IMG/VR virus record: IMGVR_UViG_3300024239_000011
Coordinates: 479,036-543,035 of that record
Direction: 5' to 3' (one strand)
DNA: 64,000 nucleotides
Notes under the pieces: model-generated
What the model was told of the DNA's origin: nothing
The model's database searches: none
The model's input: only the letters and a program-made list of their open reading frames with translations
Position numbers and translations under genes: made by a program
In this document: piece after piece, positions 26,455 to 35,252 of the stretch
Numbering within the stretch: the stretch's first letter is position 1
How the letters are laid out: each line of letters starts with the position of its first letter

Positions 26455-27192
26455 ATGACGTTGCCGCCCGAGCGTATTGGGTATAAGGGACAGAGCTACA
26501 AGATCGTCGTGGATGACGATGAGTGTGGACCCTATGTGATTGGTTGGACCAATGACCCGAACCAACCGGTCGCACACCTCAATACCCGTCCGGGATGGAG
26601 CAACGCTCGCGTCGAGAAAGTGTCATTGTGGCGTTTCCCTCTTCAAAATAAGCGCATCACCACCACGAATGATTCGATGTCGTTTGTGGGGAAGGATTTC
26701 GCGTGCGAAACCGAACTCCCATTACCGCCGCATGTTGGTGCGTTCGGTACCGTGCGCCGACATCATGTACATGAAGGGGTTGATCTCTACGCATTGAATG
26801 GAGAACCTGTGTATGCGGTCGAGGATGCTGTTGTGGTTAACATTGTCCAATTCACCGGAGAAGGCGTTCATACCCCGTGGTGGCACGATACTTGGGCTGT
26901 GATGGCAGAAGGTGCCGCTGGGGTCGTCTGCTATGGGGAAATCGTTCCACTGCCCTCGTTGGTCCCCGGAGCGAGTTTGGTCGCTGGGCAATTGGTCGGA
27001 CACGTCAAGACGGTCCTGAAGAAGGACAAGGGGCGTCCGATGTCCATGCTTCATCTGGAACTGTATCAGCACGGGATCACGGAACCCATCAGCGTGGAAC
27101 AGCATATCGAGAACCCTGGCGTCCCGGTAAAGATCGAAGAGACGCCGTTGCTCGACCCAACCCCATTCCTTTTGGAGGCAACCCATGACTGA
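26455..27192 (+). CDS. M23-family peptidase
   Basis: HEGVDLYA..GEPVYAVEDAVV (HxxxD) and LHLELY (HxE variant of HxH). Confidence 0.75.
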   Translation: MTLPPERIGYKGQSYKIVVDDDECGPYVIGWTNDPNQPVAHLNTRPGWSNARVEKVSLWRFPLQNKRITTTNDSMSFVGKDFACETELPLPPHVGAFGTVRRHHVHEGVDLYALNGEPVYAVEDAVVVNIVQFTGEGVHTPWWHDTWAVMAEGAAGVVCYGEIVPLPSLVPGASLVAGQLVGHVKTVLKKDKGRPMSMLHLELYQHGITEPISVEQHIENPGVPVKIEETPLLDPTPFLLEATHD

Positions 27193-27331
27193 CGACGAAG
27201 AACGGTTGAAGAACTTGGTTTTGTTCAAGTTCTATGGTACGGACAAGGAAATGGAGGAAGCTGCCCCGTTCTCCTTTGCCGTGCTGGCGGTGATCATCGT
27301 TGGCGGCGTGCTTTACGCTCTGTTCAAGTAA
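27185..27331 (+). CDS. Small single-pass membrane protein (48 aa)
   Basis: MTDDEERLKN...FAVLAVIIVGGVLYALFK; below the ORF-track size cutoff. Confidence 0.6.
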   Translation: MTDDEERLKNLVLFKFYGTDKEMEEAAPFSFAVLAVIIVGGVLYALFK

Positions 27332-27369
27332 GGAATCACTGATGATCACGAATACAACCACGTTGACCT

Positions 27370-27415
27370 GATCAATGTGTTGTTGGATGAGCGATCAATG
27401 TGTTGTTGGATGAGC
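27370..27415. repeat. Exact 23-bp tandem duplication
   Basis: GATCAATGTGTTGTTGGATGAGC twice. Confidence 0.95.
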
Positions 27416-27475
27416 GTAAGTTCAGACCCGCTCACCCCGACCTGTCTAAGTATTTCGGCACAAAAGGATTATATG

Positions 27476-27958
27476 ATGCTTGAAGTGGTAGTGGTGCGAG
27501 TTGAAAACGTGACGAATCATCCTACGCGGGATAGTTTAACAATTAACACTTTATCGGATGGTGCTATCGCAGTGAGTAATCGAAATGACAATGGAACACC
27601 GCGATATGTTATTGGGGATTTAGTTGTAAGAATCCCCGAGCGCGCCATCGTTCCCGAATGGCTGCTGAAGCATCAGCATTGTTGGGACGAAGCCAAGGGC
27701 AAGGGCACCTGTGCCGGTTCCAAGGGCAACCGCGTCAAGAACCGCAATTTTGATGGTATCGCCTCGGAAGGCATGCTATTCGCTGGTACACAGGATAACA
27801 AGTATGCTCCTGACATTGAACCTCCCGAGGGTGAAGAGAACGATAAGTTGTACAAGAGCGGGCGCATTTTGGTGATCCGAAATGAATCCTCCGATGATTA
27901 TTTCTTCCAAGGTGATTCGGTCATCGACTTCCTCGGGATCACCGAGTGGGAAGGCTGA
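27476..27958 (+). CDS. tRNA-binding OB-fold protein resembling the N-domain of DRB0094-type RNA ligases
   Basis: VVRVENVTNHPTRDSL...GDLVVRIPERAIVP...RVKNRNFDGIASEGML; no ligase core follows. Confidence 0.6.
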   Translation: MLEVVVVRVENVTNHPTRDSLTINTLSDGAIAVSNRNDNGTPRYVIGDLVVRIPERAIVPEWLLKHQHCWDEAKGKGTCAGSKGNRVKNRNFDGIASEGMLFAGTQDNKYAPDIEPPEGEENDKLYKSGRILVIRNESSDDYFFQGDSVIDFLGITEWEG

Positions 27959-27963
27959 TCGTG

Positions 27964-28317
27964 ATGTCCGATAATCATTGTCCCGAGTGTAAGACACCCC
28001 TGGATGAAGTTCCTTTCTATGACTGCCGTCGCGCAGAAATGGAAGGGAACATTTTCTTCGTTCGGGAGGATATCGCAATAACCCCGGCAGATGGGATGTG
28101 CATCACCAATCGGTGGTGGGCATTTCACCCGGAAAAGGGGTTGGCGTTTTACTACGTTGCAGACGGGTTCTACGGCACCCCCGAACCGTGCCCGCAGTGC
28201 AATAATGACGAGTCCACGGCACGGAAGCTTATTGCCGATCTTCTTCCCGATCTTCAAGTGAAATTTGTGCCGGTAGTCTTCCTGGCGCATGCCCGTCGTA
28301 TCGCGAGGCAACACTAA
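27964..28317 (+). CDS. Zn-binding hypothetical protein
   Basis: CPEC...PCPQCN. Confidence 0.6.
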   Translation: MSDNHCPECKTPLDEVPFYDCRRAEMEGNIFFVREDIAITPADGMCITNRWWAFHPEKGLAFYYVADGFYGTPEPCPQCNNDESTARKLIADLLPDLQVKFVPVVFLAHARRIARQH

Positions 28318-28325
28318 ATACCAGC

Positions 28326-29018
28326 ATGCTGGTAGAAGAAATTTCCCTGACTGCTGAACATGTAATCACTGCAATTAAACATGATTGCAGTGATTACATT
28401 GCTTTGCTTGCTGCGGGGACACCACCGCTTGTACGCGGTCTGGCTGGCTACACCGTCCCATTCAAACTCAACGAAATTCCCCGTCCGAACCGCGACCGAC
28501 ACGAAGAGAATCTTTGGTTGGAAGTTCTGGCTGACCGGTATCTGACTGAGTTGGGGATTGAAGCTAAGCGTCTGCAAAGTTGGTTCGCCACGTCTGATCA
28601 GAACATGGCAGAGCAATATGCTCGTGATGGTGGATCACTCTATTACGTGTTTCCTAAGAACGGCGTGCCTTATGCTCACACAGATTCTACCTACGATCTC
28701 CACCTCTCCGCAGAGAACTGGGTGTATCAGGATGGGATCGACATTCTCGATGAGAAGGGACTTAGTGAGGGGCGCCTTGCAGCCATGTTGCATGACTGCA
28801 ATGGCGACCTCAGTACGTTTTCAATCTATGTCCGCCATTCCCCACAGGTGATGGCGTTTTTCTATCGCTACTTCTTAGGGCGACGCGGCTTCACTGACCA
28901 GCATTTGCCCCAGGCGATGCAGCGCGGTGTAGAAGTGTGGTTCAAGGGTCCGTATCACATGATTCGGACAGATCAAAACCACATGATGTCGTTGCTTACT
29001 TCCACAGCGGCCAAGTGA
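28326..29018 (+). CDS. Putative ADP-ribosyltransferase-fold protein, capsid-targeting-like N-terminus
   Basis: LVRG...RPNRDR...SWFATSD...YYVFP; late box 28315-28320. Confidence 0.45.
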   Translation: MLVEEISLTAEHVITAIKHDCSDYIALLAAGTPPLVRGLAGYTVPFKLNEIPRPNRDRHEENLWLEVLADRYLTELGIEAKRLQSWFATSDQNMAEQYARDGGSLYYVFPKNGVPYAHTDSTYDLHLSAENWVYQDGIDILDEKGLSEGRLAAMLHDCNGDLSTFSIYVRHSPQVMAFFYRYFLGRRGFTDQHLPQAMQRGVEVWFKGPYHMIRTDQNHMMSLLTSTAAK

Positions 29019-29416
29019 ACAGCACGCTCACGATGTAAGTCAATAGTGAGAGAGCGATATAAAAAGAAAACATATAGACGCCATATGCGACGTTTGTAGG
29101 CATAACGACCTCGTGATTGGATGTTGCATTGCAACATATTTACCGATGTTTGGTTATACGGAGCCATGCTAAATACGCATATGTATAATCCAGAAGAATT
29201 CCCCTATTGTGCCTACACATCATCCGGATCACTGGTATTCGAATATGCACGCCAAGATGGTAGTCATATCGAAGTGTTGGATCGTGGTCAGCTACGATAT
29301 TTCTTTGTGGATGATTTCGTATTGAAATTGAAGAAACGTGAAAATGATTCATCGACTGGATAAATCAAAAAAGATATTGCAGTCAGATGCTAAAGTTGCT
29401 AAATAGGTTTAGTTGT

Positions 29417-29727
29417 TCCGGCGTAGCTCAGTTGGTAGTAGCATCTGACTGTAGATATGCAGCTTCCATCAGTAATGATGGTCGAATAACTGGGTGAATT
29501 CGGGGAAACCCTAGTAATAGGGCAATCCCGAGCCAAGCCAGGGGAAGGTCGTGGTACCCTGGAAGGTGTAGAGACTAGGTGGTGAGGAACCAATCCAATA
29601 AACCACCCGCGAGCGCCCAGCACCCTAACAAGTAATGTTGAGGGTGATGATATAGTCCACTTCCGATAGTAATATCGGGTTAAGTGTAATCAGAGTGTCG
29701 CAGGTTCGAGTCCTGCCGCCGGAACCA
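29417..29727 (+). tRNA. tRNA-Asn(GUU) interrupted by a group I intron (exons 29417-29452, 29687-29727)
   Basis: Splicing restores TCTGA-CTGT|TAA-TCAGA; TCCGGCG/CGCCGGA acceptor, CCA end. Confidence 0.9.
29453..29686 (+). mobile_element. Group I intron (234 nt, no ORF)
   Basis: P GAATTCGGGGAA, Q AATCCCGAGC, R GTAGAGACTAGG, S GATGATATAGTCCA; terminal G; GNRA-capped P2 and P9. Confidence 0.9.
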
Positions 29728-29745
29728 ATTATCGAGATTTTACCA

Positions 29746-29970
29746 ATGACCAAATCATGTTGTGGCGCGGTGTTTTGCTCATGCGAGCAGGAAACTAAAC
29801 ACAAAGAAAAATCTGTGGAGTTTTCAACGCTCCCAAATGTTGCTGTTAGCACCCCACCCCAGGTTACCGAAACCGCCATGACGGCGGTGGCAACGGACGC
29901 GGCGCTGGATGTGGTTGGTGGACTTCTTGAAGGGATCGGAGAAGTCATAGGGGGAATTCTTAGTGCATAA
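29746..29970 (+). CDS. Small hypothetical protein
   Basis: MTKSCCGAVFCSC... with a hydrophobic C-terminal helix. Confidence 0.45.
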   Translation: MTKSCCGAVFCSCEQETKHKEKSVEFSTLPNVAVSTPPQVTETAMTAVATDAALDVVGGLLEGIGEVIGGILSA

Positions 29971-29995
29971 GAATTCCCCCTGTCTTATGCCATAA

Positions 29996-30673
29996 TTACA
30001 AAAGATGTGTTCCCGCCTTTGAGAACAGCATCAGACCTTTCCGACCACCAAGGTGATGTGCCAAATTTTCCGGGACATTGTTCACCGCGATCAGAGTGAT
30101 CGGGGTGGTGTTCACGAAAACTCGCTTCCCCAGGAGGGTACTGATCTCGCTTACCGATTTATCGGTGTAGACGAGATGGGCGTTCTTGGCATCCGACCGA
30201 CGTTTGGTGTCAGCGAACACGGCGCCAGCTATCAGTGCAGGGGTGACACGGGTGGTTCCACGCTCGGTAAGCACAAACCACTCATAATTCATATCCAAAA
30301 CTTCGACTTGACGCAGCGTCTTGAATTCAACGCCCGACATGTTGCCCAAACGGTCGTGTAGAATGGTATGCTCGGTTGTATCGGTGACTTTAACAATCAC
30401 TATATTGTCGATTTGTTCTTGGATGAAACCTTGGCGCGACGGGGTATCTTGAGTACCGGTGTCAACCCCGCTCAATACCGCATCACAGTTTTCCAGGGTT
30501 GATGTCAGATATTCAGGAGCATCGTAGATATCGGTTGACAGGTGGTAGCGGTCATTCGTCATGCGTTCGACACGAACCAAATGTCCCCGTAAATAGGCAG
30601 CGGGATAATTCATCCCAAACATCAAGCCATAGCGAACGGGGGAGTGTGTCGAACGTCGTTCCATGATCATCAC
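29996..30673 (-). CDS. Hypothetical protein
   Basis: 225 aa, RBS GAGG. Confidence 0.65.
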   Translation of the reverse strand: MMIMERRSTHSPVRYGLMFGMNYPAAYLRGHLVRVERMTNDRYHLSTDIYDAPEYLTSTLENCDAVLSGVDTGTQDTPSRQGFIQEQIDNIVIVKVTDTTEHTILHDRLGNMSGVEFKTLRQVEVLDMNYEWFVLTERGTTRVTPALIAGAVFADTKRRSDAKNAHLVYTDKSVSEISTLLGKRVFVNTTPITLIAVNNVPENLAHHLGGRKGLMLFSKAGTHLL

Positions 30674-30728
30674 CTCTTATTGGTTCGATCACTGTAACAA
30701 CCCTATCGGGCAAATGCAATGGGACAGG

Positions 30729-31727
30729 CTATGTTTGCTGTTTCTCTGCAATTAGAGCTTTCCAGCGGTCAAACGCCCGAACAATCCCCGTCAGCCCGTG
30801 TTCTTCCTCGCCATTTTTATTACGGTACAAATCCACGAATTGATTCTTGGCAATGTCAAAGTTGTTGCTGCCGTATCCGGCACCTAGGCTTGGACTCGCC
30901 CATCGTACCGTCGCCCGAACTTTTTCCGGGGTAACCGGCGGTGTGGGCATCTTATCGTTAGTTCCCAAACCACGAATACGCTCTGGTTGTTTTGGATTTA
31001 TTTCGTCGGTGAAAATCTTAATGACGATGTACTGGTTATCACCCTCTTCAATACGAACCTGAGATACAATTTGGAATGCATCTGAGTAGCGCAGGCGTTC
31101 CTTTTTTGCTGGTTCAATAGTAACAGTGCCATAATTCTTACCAATTTCTGCTACCTGTTTTGCAACTTCTTGGACTTGGGTATACCCACTTCCTTTGGAA
31201 CGATCCATGCCGATGATATTAATGCAACGTGGATCAAGTACAAGAAGTTGAACCTCAGAAGTATGAATCGACATGGTATCATCAAAGACGGCATCATACC
31301 CCATCGACCGCAGCATCTTGTTGAAAGCTCCGATGATTTTGCCATTACCATTCTCATAAGCAAAATACGCTTGAAGCATACTCCAAACCATATCCACGCG
31401 CTTATGGATGTTCTCTGGTGGATATTGCTTCATGTATGCCGTGTACTTGTTGGTGATCCCCACCGTATCAACAATCGTTTCAAGTTCTTCTTGGGTGATG
31501 CGGGAGAGGTCGAGTATCCGTGCGGTTGGCTTCAACGTCGCACGGAATTTGTAGGGCATTTTGGTCCAATATGAATGAGGTTCAAAATCCGCTGGGAAGA
31601 AATACAGCCCGGCGGGGTCTTGGTGCGACGGATTGGTATTGATTTTCAGTACCGGAATGCGGCTGTAATGCACCCAAACCGACGCCCATTCATCTATACT
31701 TTCATTGAGTATGGCATTTAAAATCAT
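30729..31727 (-). CDS. Putative ART-like domain protein, capsid-targeting-like N-terminus
   Basis: WVHYS...GLYFFP...ARILDL...GYDAVFD; MILNAILNE start. Confidence 0.45.
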   Translation of the reverse strand: MILNAILNESIDEWASVWVHYSRIPVLKINTNPSHQDPAGLYFFPADFEPHSYWTKMPYKFRATLKPTARILDLSRITQEELETIVDTVGITNKYTAYMKQYPPENIHKRVDMVWSMLQAYFAYENGNGKIIGAFNKMLRSMGYDAVFDDTMSIHTSEVQLLVLDPRCINIIGMDRSKGSGYTQVQEVAKQVAEIGKNYGTVTIEPAKKERLRYSDAFQIVSQVRIEEGDNQYIVIKIFTDEINPKQPERIRGLGTNDKMPTPPVTPEKVRATVRWASPSLGAGYGSNNFDIAKNQFVDLYRNKNGEEEHGLTGIVRAFDRWKALIAEKQQT

Positions 31728-32122
31728 GGGATAATTTTCGCCTCGATCAGTTTTGTGTGAAGTTTTGGAAGGTGGCGTTTGACCGATTCAAAATTTTGAA
31801 GTTTGCCCCAAAGTGGATGAGCCTTAACGGATGCCGGTGGTTCGGGAAGTCTTGATTTCGGGAGATCAATCTGCTTGGGGGAATTCAATGGGTTTTGCTT
31901 ATGTGAGAACATTTTAATGATGTATTCCCGTAGCAAACGAAGTTCCCGCACTAACCCTATGAGTTCCTTGATTAAGCTATCGTTCTCACCATGATCTTCC
32001 CGTTGAGCTTCTTTTTTTAATCTTGTTATTACACGGTCGATATATTGGACAACAATTGCAGGGGAATTTGCGGCGTTATTTCCCGTTCCACTATCTTCTT
32101 GAATCAATTCGGTGATTTTCAT
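31724..32122 (-). CDS. Putative capsid-packaged protein (MKITELIQE)
   Basis: Late box 32144-32149; RBS GGAGG. Confidence 0.6.
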   Translation of the reverse strand: MKITELIQEDSGTGNNAANSPAIVVQYIDRVITRLKKEAQREDHGENDSLIKELIGLVRELRLLREYIIKMFSHKQNPLNSPKQIDLPKSRLPEPPASVKAHPLWGKLQNFESVKRHLPKLHTKLIEAKIIP

Positions 32123-32229
32123 GGAACCCTCCCGGTTTTCTTTTATTTAGTTCTCCATTGACATTACCAAGTTGCGCGTTTAGATTGTTTGGTACCTTCA
32201 CGGGTGCTTAGACGACGGAGTATCGAGAC

Positions 32230-32790
32230 ATGTTGTCGATAGTGGAATTTGCATACAATGGTCCCAAGTCGAACTTCGGGGGTGGTGGGTCCGACGAAGC
32301 GTTGACCAAAGCCTCCAAAAAAGTTGCGCGGGCATTGAACGATATGGGCTTCAAATGGCGGTTTACCTATCGTTGGCCCGATGGCTCGTGCTATTGTCTC
32401 GTGGTGTCACCGGAAACCGGAAGCGCCCTCTGCGATTTGATCAATGCAAAATTGCGCCAGCGTCGTGGTAAGTCGCGTATGGTTCGCGCAAAGAACGCAG
32501 ACGTAATGTGCCCGGTAAACTCACATGGTGGGAGTATGAATTACTCGCTCTATGGTGAGTTTCTTGGAATGCGTTCGTATGATGGTCATCGCATCAAGGT
32601 TATTGATGTGGCGGATCACGAGGAATTCTTGAACACCCGGTTCGCGTCTGGGAATGATGATGTGATCATTCTGCGACATGGGGATCAGGTTCGTTTCCTG
32701 CGGGATCGGTGTGGTCTGGAACATCATCGCCCTGGTCAAACTTGCCATGTGCGGTGGGTTTCTGCAATTCTTGAGAAGCAAGCCGCATGA
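32230..32790 (+). CDS. Hypothetical early protein
   Basis: Promoter TTGACA-17-TAGATT at 32158-32186. Confidence 0.65.
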   Translation: MLSIVEFAYNGPKSNFGGGGSDEALTKASKKVARALNDMGFKWRFTYRWPDGSCYCLVVSPETGSALCDLINAKLRQRRGKSRMVRAKNADVMCPVNSHGGSMNYSLYGEFLGMRSYDGHRIKVIDVADHEEFLNTRFASGNDDVIILRHGDQVRFLRDRCGLEHHRPGQTCHVRWVSAILEKQAA

Positions 32791-33050
32791 CCGTCACCGT
32801 TCGTACCGCCTACGTCAGCCAGCCCAACACACCGGAAACGGATCGGCTCCTGACGGTTCCTCACACAGTTGAGGGGACCGCGTTCGGGCGCACGGTCACC
32901 ATCCAAGTCAATGCGACCGACCCGGCAGATGCCATGCGGGTTGCCCGGCTGCGCCCGTGGGAGGAATGGACCGATGTCCTTACGGGCAAGGCACCGCGTG
33001 AAGGGTTTGTGGATTTCAAAGACGCGCCGTCCGGATGGATGAAGGGATAA
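32787..33050 (+). CDS. Hypothetical protein
   Basis: ATGA-coupled ORF. Confidence 0.6.
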   Translation: MTVTVRTAYVSQPNTPETDRLLTVPHTVEGTAFGRTVTIQVNATDPADAMRVARLRPWEEWTDVLTGKAPREGFVDFKDAPSGWMKG

Positions 33051-33052
33051 CC

Positions 33053-33658
33053 ATGTCCAGTTGCATCTTTATGATTTTTGATGCGCCTGTCGCTATCGAT
33101 GAGTGGGCGCAATTCTGCGAAAAGAACCTGATTACGTTCTCCCCGAACACCGTTGGGCAGAACACCTTCTACAGTCAGAGCGGCACGGGTCAGGTTGAAA
33201 TCTCGTTGAACGAAGAAGGTTCGGTGGACAAAACCGCTACAGGCTATCGGTGGGAAACTGCCAGACCGCCCCTTCAGTTTACTGGACTGACCGTCAGCAG
33301 CTATCACGGCTGTAACTACGCCGAGATTGGCAACATTGCCCGGAATATTGCGTCGGTGTTCCCGTGCTTGGTGTCGTCCAGTCCGGAACTCGCCCATGAG
33401 ATTGTGGACCTCGACCACAAGTTCGACATCACCGATTACGATGACTGCTATCTGTCCACCGATTTCCCCGAGGCATGGACCCGTGTTGGCGATACCATGA
33501 CCGCACGGGTCGATGGTGGGCTTGCGAAGCTCGATCTCGGTGAGAAGGTCGTATTCAGTTTGTACGGGATCAAACGCGCCACATTCCGGGACGTGAATAC
33601 TGCCATTGCCTATGCTGGGCGGTGCAATTGGGATTGGTGGTATGGAGATCGACCGTGA
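33053..33658 (+). CDS. Hypothetical protein
   Basis: MSSCIF start with RBS. Confidence 0.65.
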   Translation: MSSCIFMIFDAPVAIDEWAQFCEKNLITFSPNTVGQNTFYSQSGTGQVEISLNEEGSVDKTATGYRWETARPPLQFTGLTVSSYHGCNYAEIGNIARNIASVFPCLVSSSPELAHEIVDLDHKFDITDYDDCYLSTDFPEAWTRVGDTMTARVDGGLAKLDLGEKVVFSLYGIKRATFRDVNTAIAYAGRCNWDWWYGDRP

Positions 33659-34059
33659 AATATTTACTCGAAACGGCATGGCAAGAATTCAAAAAACTGG
33701 TTACCGATCCCAAGGAATTGGTGCGCATTGGTGACGAACTTCTTTGTCAGATCGATCATGATTTTGCATCTATGTGCGTTCAGGGTTATGAAATTGCCAA
33801 TGACCTGCGGGATATGGATGATGGGTATTGGTTGCTCGCACATGATTACGCCAATACCCTAGAAGAAGTTCAGAAAGCCGTCGCCTTTGATATGAAAGAA
33901 AATGGGATGACGCCCGAACGCGCGGTAGCCATCATCGCGTATTGGCGAAAGAAAGACGGACAAACGGATGAGTTAACCGTTTTGAACGAAGAAGCAGGGC
34001 GCCTTCAAGCCATGTTAGAAAGTGTACAAAAGCGCATTCGCGACATAGCGGGAGGTTAG
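33655..34059 (+). CDS. Hypothetical protein
   Basis: GTGA-coupled start. Confidence 0.6.
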   Translation: MKYLLETAWQEFKKLVTDPKELVRIGDELLCQIDHDFASMCVQGYEIANDLRDMDDGYWLLAHDYANTLEEVQKAVAFDMKENGMTPERAVAIIAYWRKKDGQTDELTVLNEEAGRLQAMLESVQKRIRDIAGG

Positions 34060-34850
34060 TCCTCCAACCGCAGCAGGCGTTCGACCGCCAACATAAGGTC
34101 ATCGAAGGACGCCTGCTGCTGGAACGCCGCTTTGGCGAGACGGACCACTTCCTTCTCAGCAGCCGGGATACCGCGCTTCTCACGCTCTTGCTGATCGATT
34201 TCGGCTTGGCGTTCCTTGCGCACACCTTCCCAATGTACCGCCATCCGCTCATCCCATGCCTTACGGGCAGCTTCTTTCTGCTCTTCCGTTAGCACTGGTT
34301 TCGGGGGTTCGGGGGTCGGATTGATTCGCTCTTTCCAGTGTTCTTCGAAGCTCATGGTGCCGACGACGGGCACCCCGGTTTCGAGGAAGGTCTTACCATA
34401 GTGATTGATGTCACCACACACCTTGCCCAAAGACACAGGGTTTTCAATCAAGTTGAACATATGGAAGGTATCGGCAAGTTCTTTGCCGTACTCGTAGATG
34501 TCATTCCATTCGGGTTTTTCACCAACTTCTTCAATATATTCCGCGAAACGGATTTTCAGCACCGCGAGGGTGATTTCACGCCCTTTTTCGGTCGCATGAT
34601 AATTCCACGCTTCGATGTAGGTATCCACCGACTGATTGATCGGATGACACGCAACCCATTCGTTCTTAATCAGGAACTCAGCCGTCCGTGCATCGACCTT
34701 GATTGTATCGCGAAACAAGTTGAGGTCGTACCCAACTTTACCCGAAGCCTTAAACGTGGTGCGGCACAACAGCGGATTAGCCGACGACACTAGCCGTGCC
34801 ATCACGATCCATTGCTTGTCGGTCATCCGAACAGGCTTGGTCATAATCAC
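34056..34850 (-). CDS. Hypothetical protein
   Basis: 264 aa, coupled to the upstream ORF. Confidence 0.7.
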   Translation of the reverse strand: MIMTKPVRMTDKQWIVMARLVSSANPLLCRTTFKASGKVGYDLNLFRDTIKVDARTAEFLIKNEWVACHPINQSVDTYIEAWNYHATEKGREITLAVLKIRFAEYIEEVGEKPEWNDIYEYGKELADTFHMFNLIENPVSLGKVCGDINHYGKTFLETGVPVVGTMSFEEHWKERINPTPEPPKPVLTEEQKEAARKAWDERMAVHWEGVRKERQAEIDQQEREKRGIPAAEKEVVRLAKAAFQQQASFDDLMLAVERLLRLED

Positions 34851-35125
34851 GCTTCCCGGATGGTGGCGCGACAGAACTGATCAACATCGGCAGCGACGTA
34901 TACGTGCGGGTAGTTCATGCCGTTCTTGTTGATCAGCAGGGTTTCCGGCTGCGCCATGGCGAGATCAGTGCTGGTCCCACCACCGGTAACATGGGTGAAT
35001 CGCATACCCGTCACCTTACAGAACTGGGTCTTGCTGGTCGTCGCCATGACGCAAGCACATTGAACAAGCTTGCCATCGATCAGGGCGTTGACCGAACCAG
35101 AAAAAACGCTGAGCTTGCGAGCCAT
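34847..35125 (-). CDS. Hypothetical early protein
   Basis: Promoter TTGACA-17-TATAGT at 35179-35151. Confidence 0.65.
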   Translation of the reverse strand: MARKLSVFSGSVNALIDGKLVQCACVMATTSKTQFCKVTGMRFTHVTGGGTSTDLAMAQPETLLINKNGMNYPHVYVAADVDQFCRATIREA

Positions 35126-35252
35126 GATGGTACCCCAATCAATTTCAATTACTATAACAGCTTTAGGGTGTATTGTCAATTTGCGGCCAAAGAATTTTTC
35201 TATTCTTTTCAAATCATGCTATACCGCAATGGGTTAGAGAGATTACTAGGTC

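Noticed and set aside
30719-30730. GGGACAGGC near-match to the leader motif
   Set aside because: One mismatch, no P2/UAAU context, and it sits at a gene end rather than a leader.
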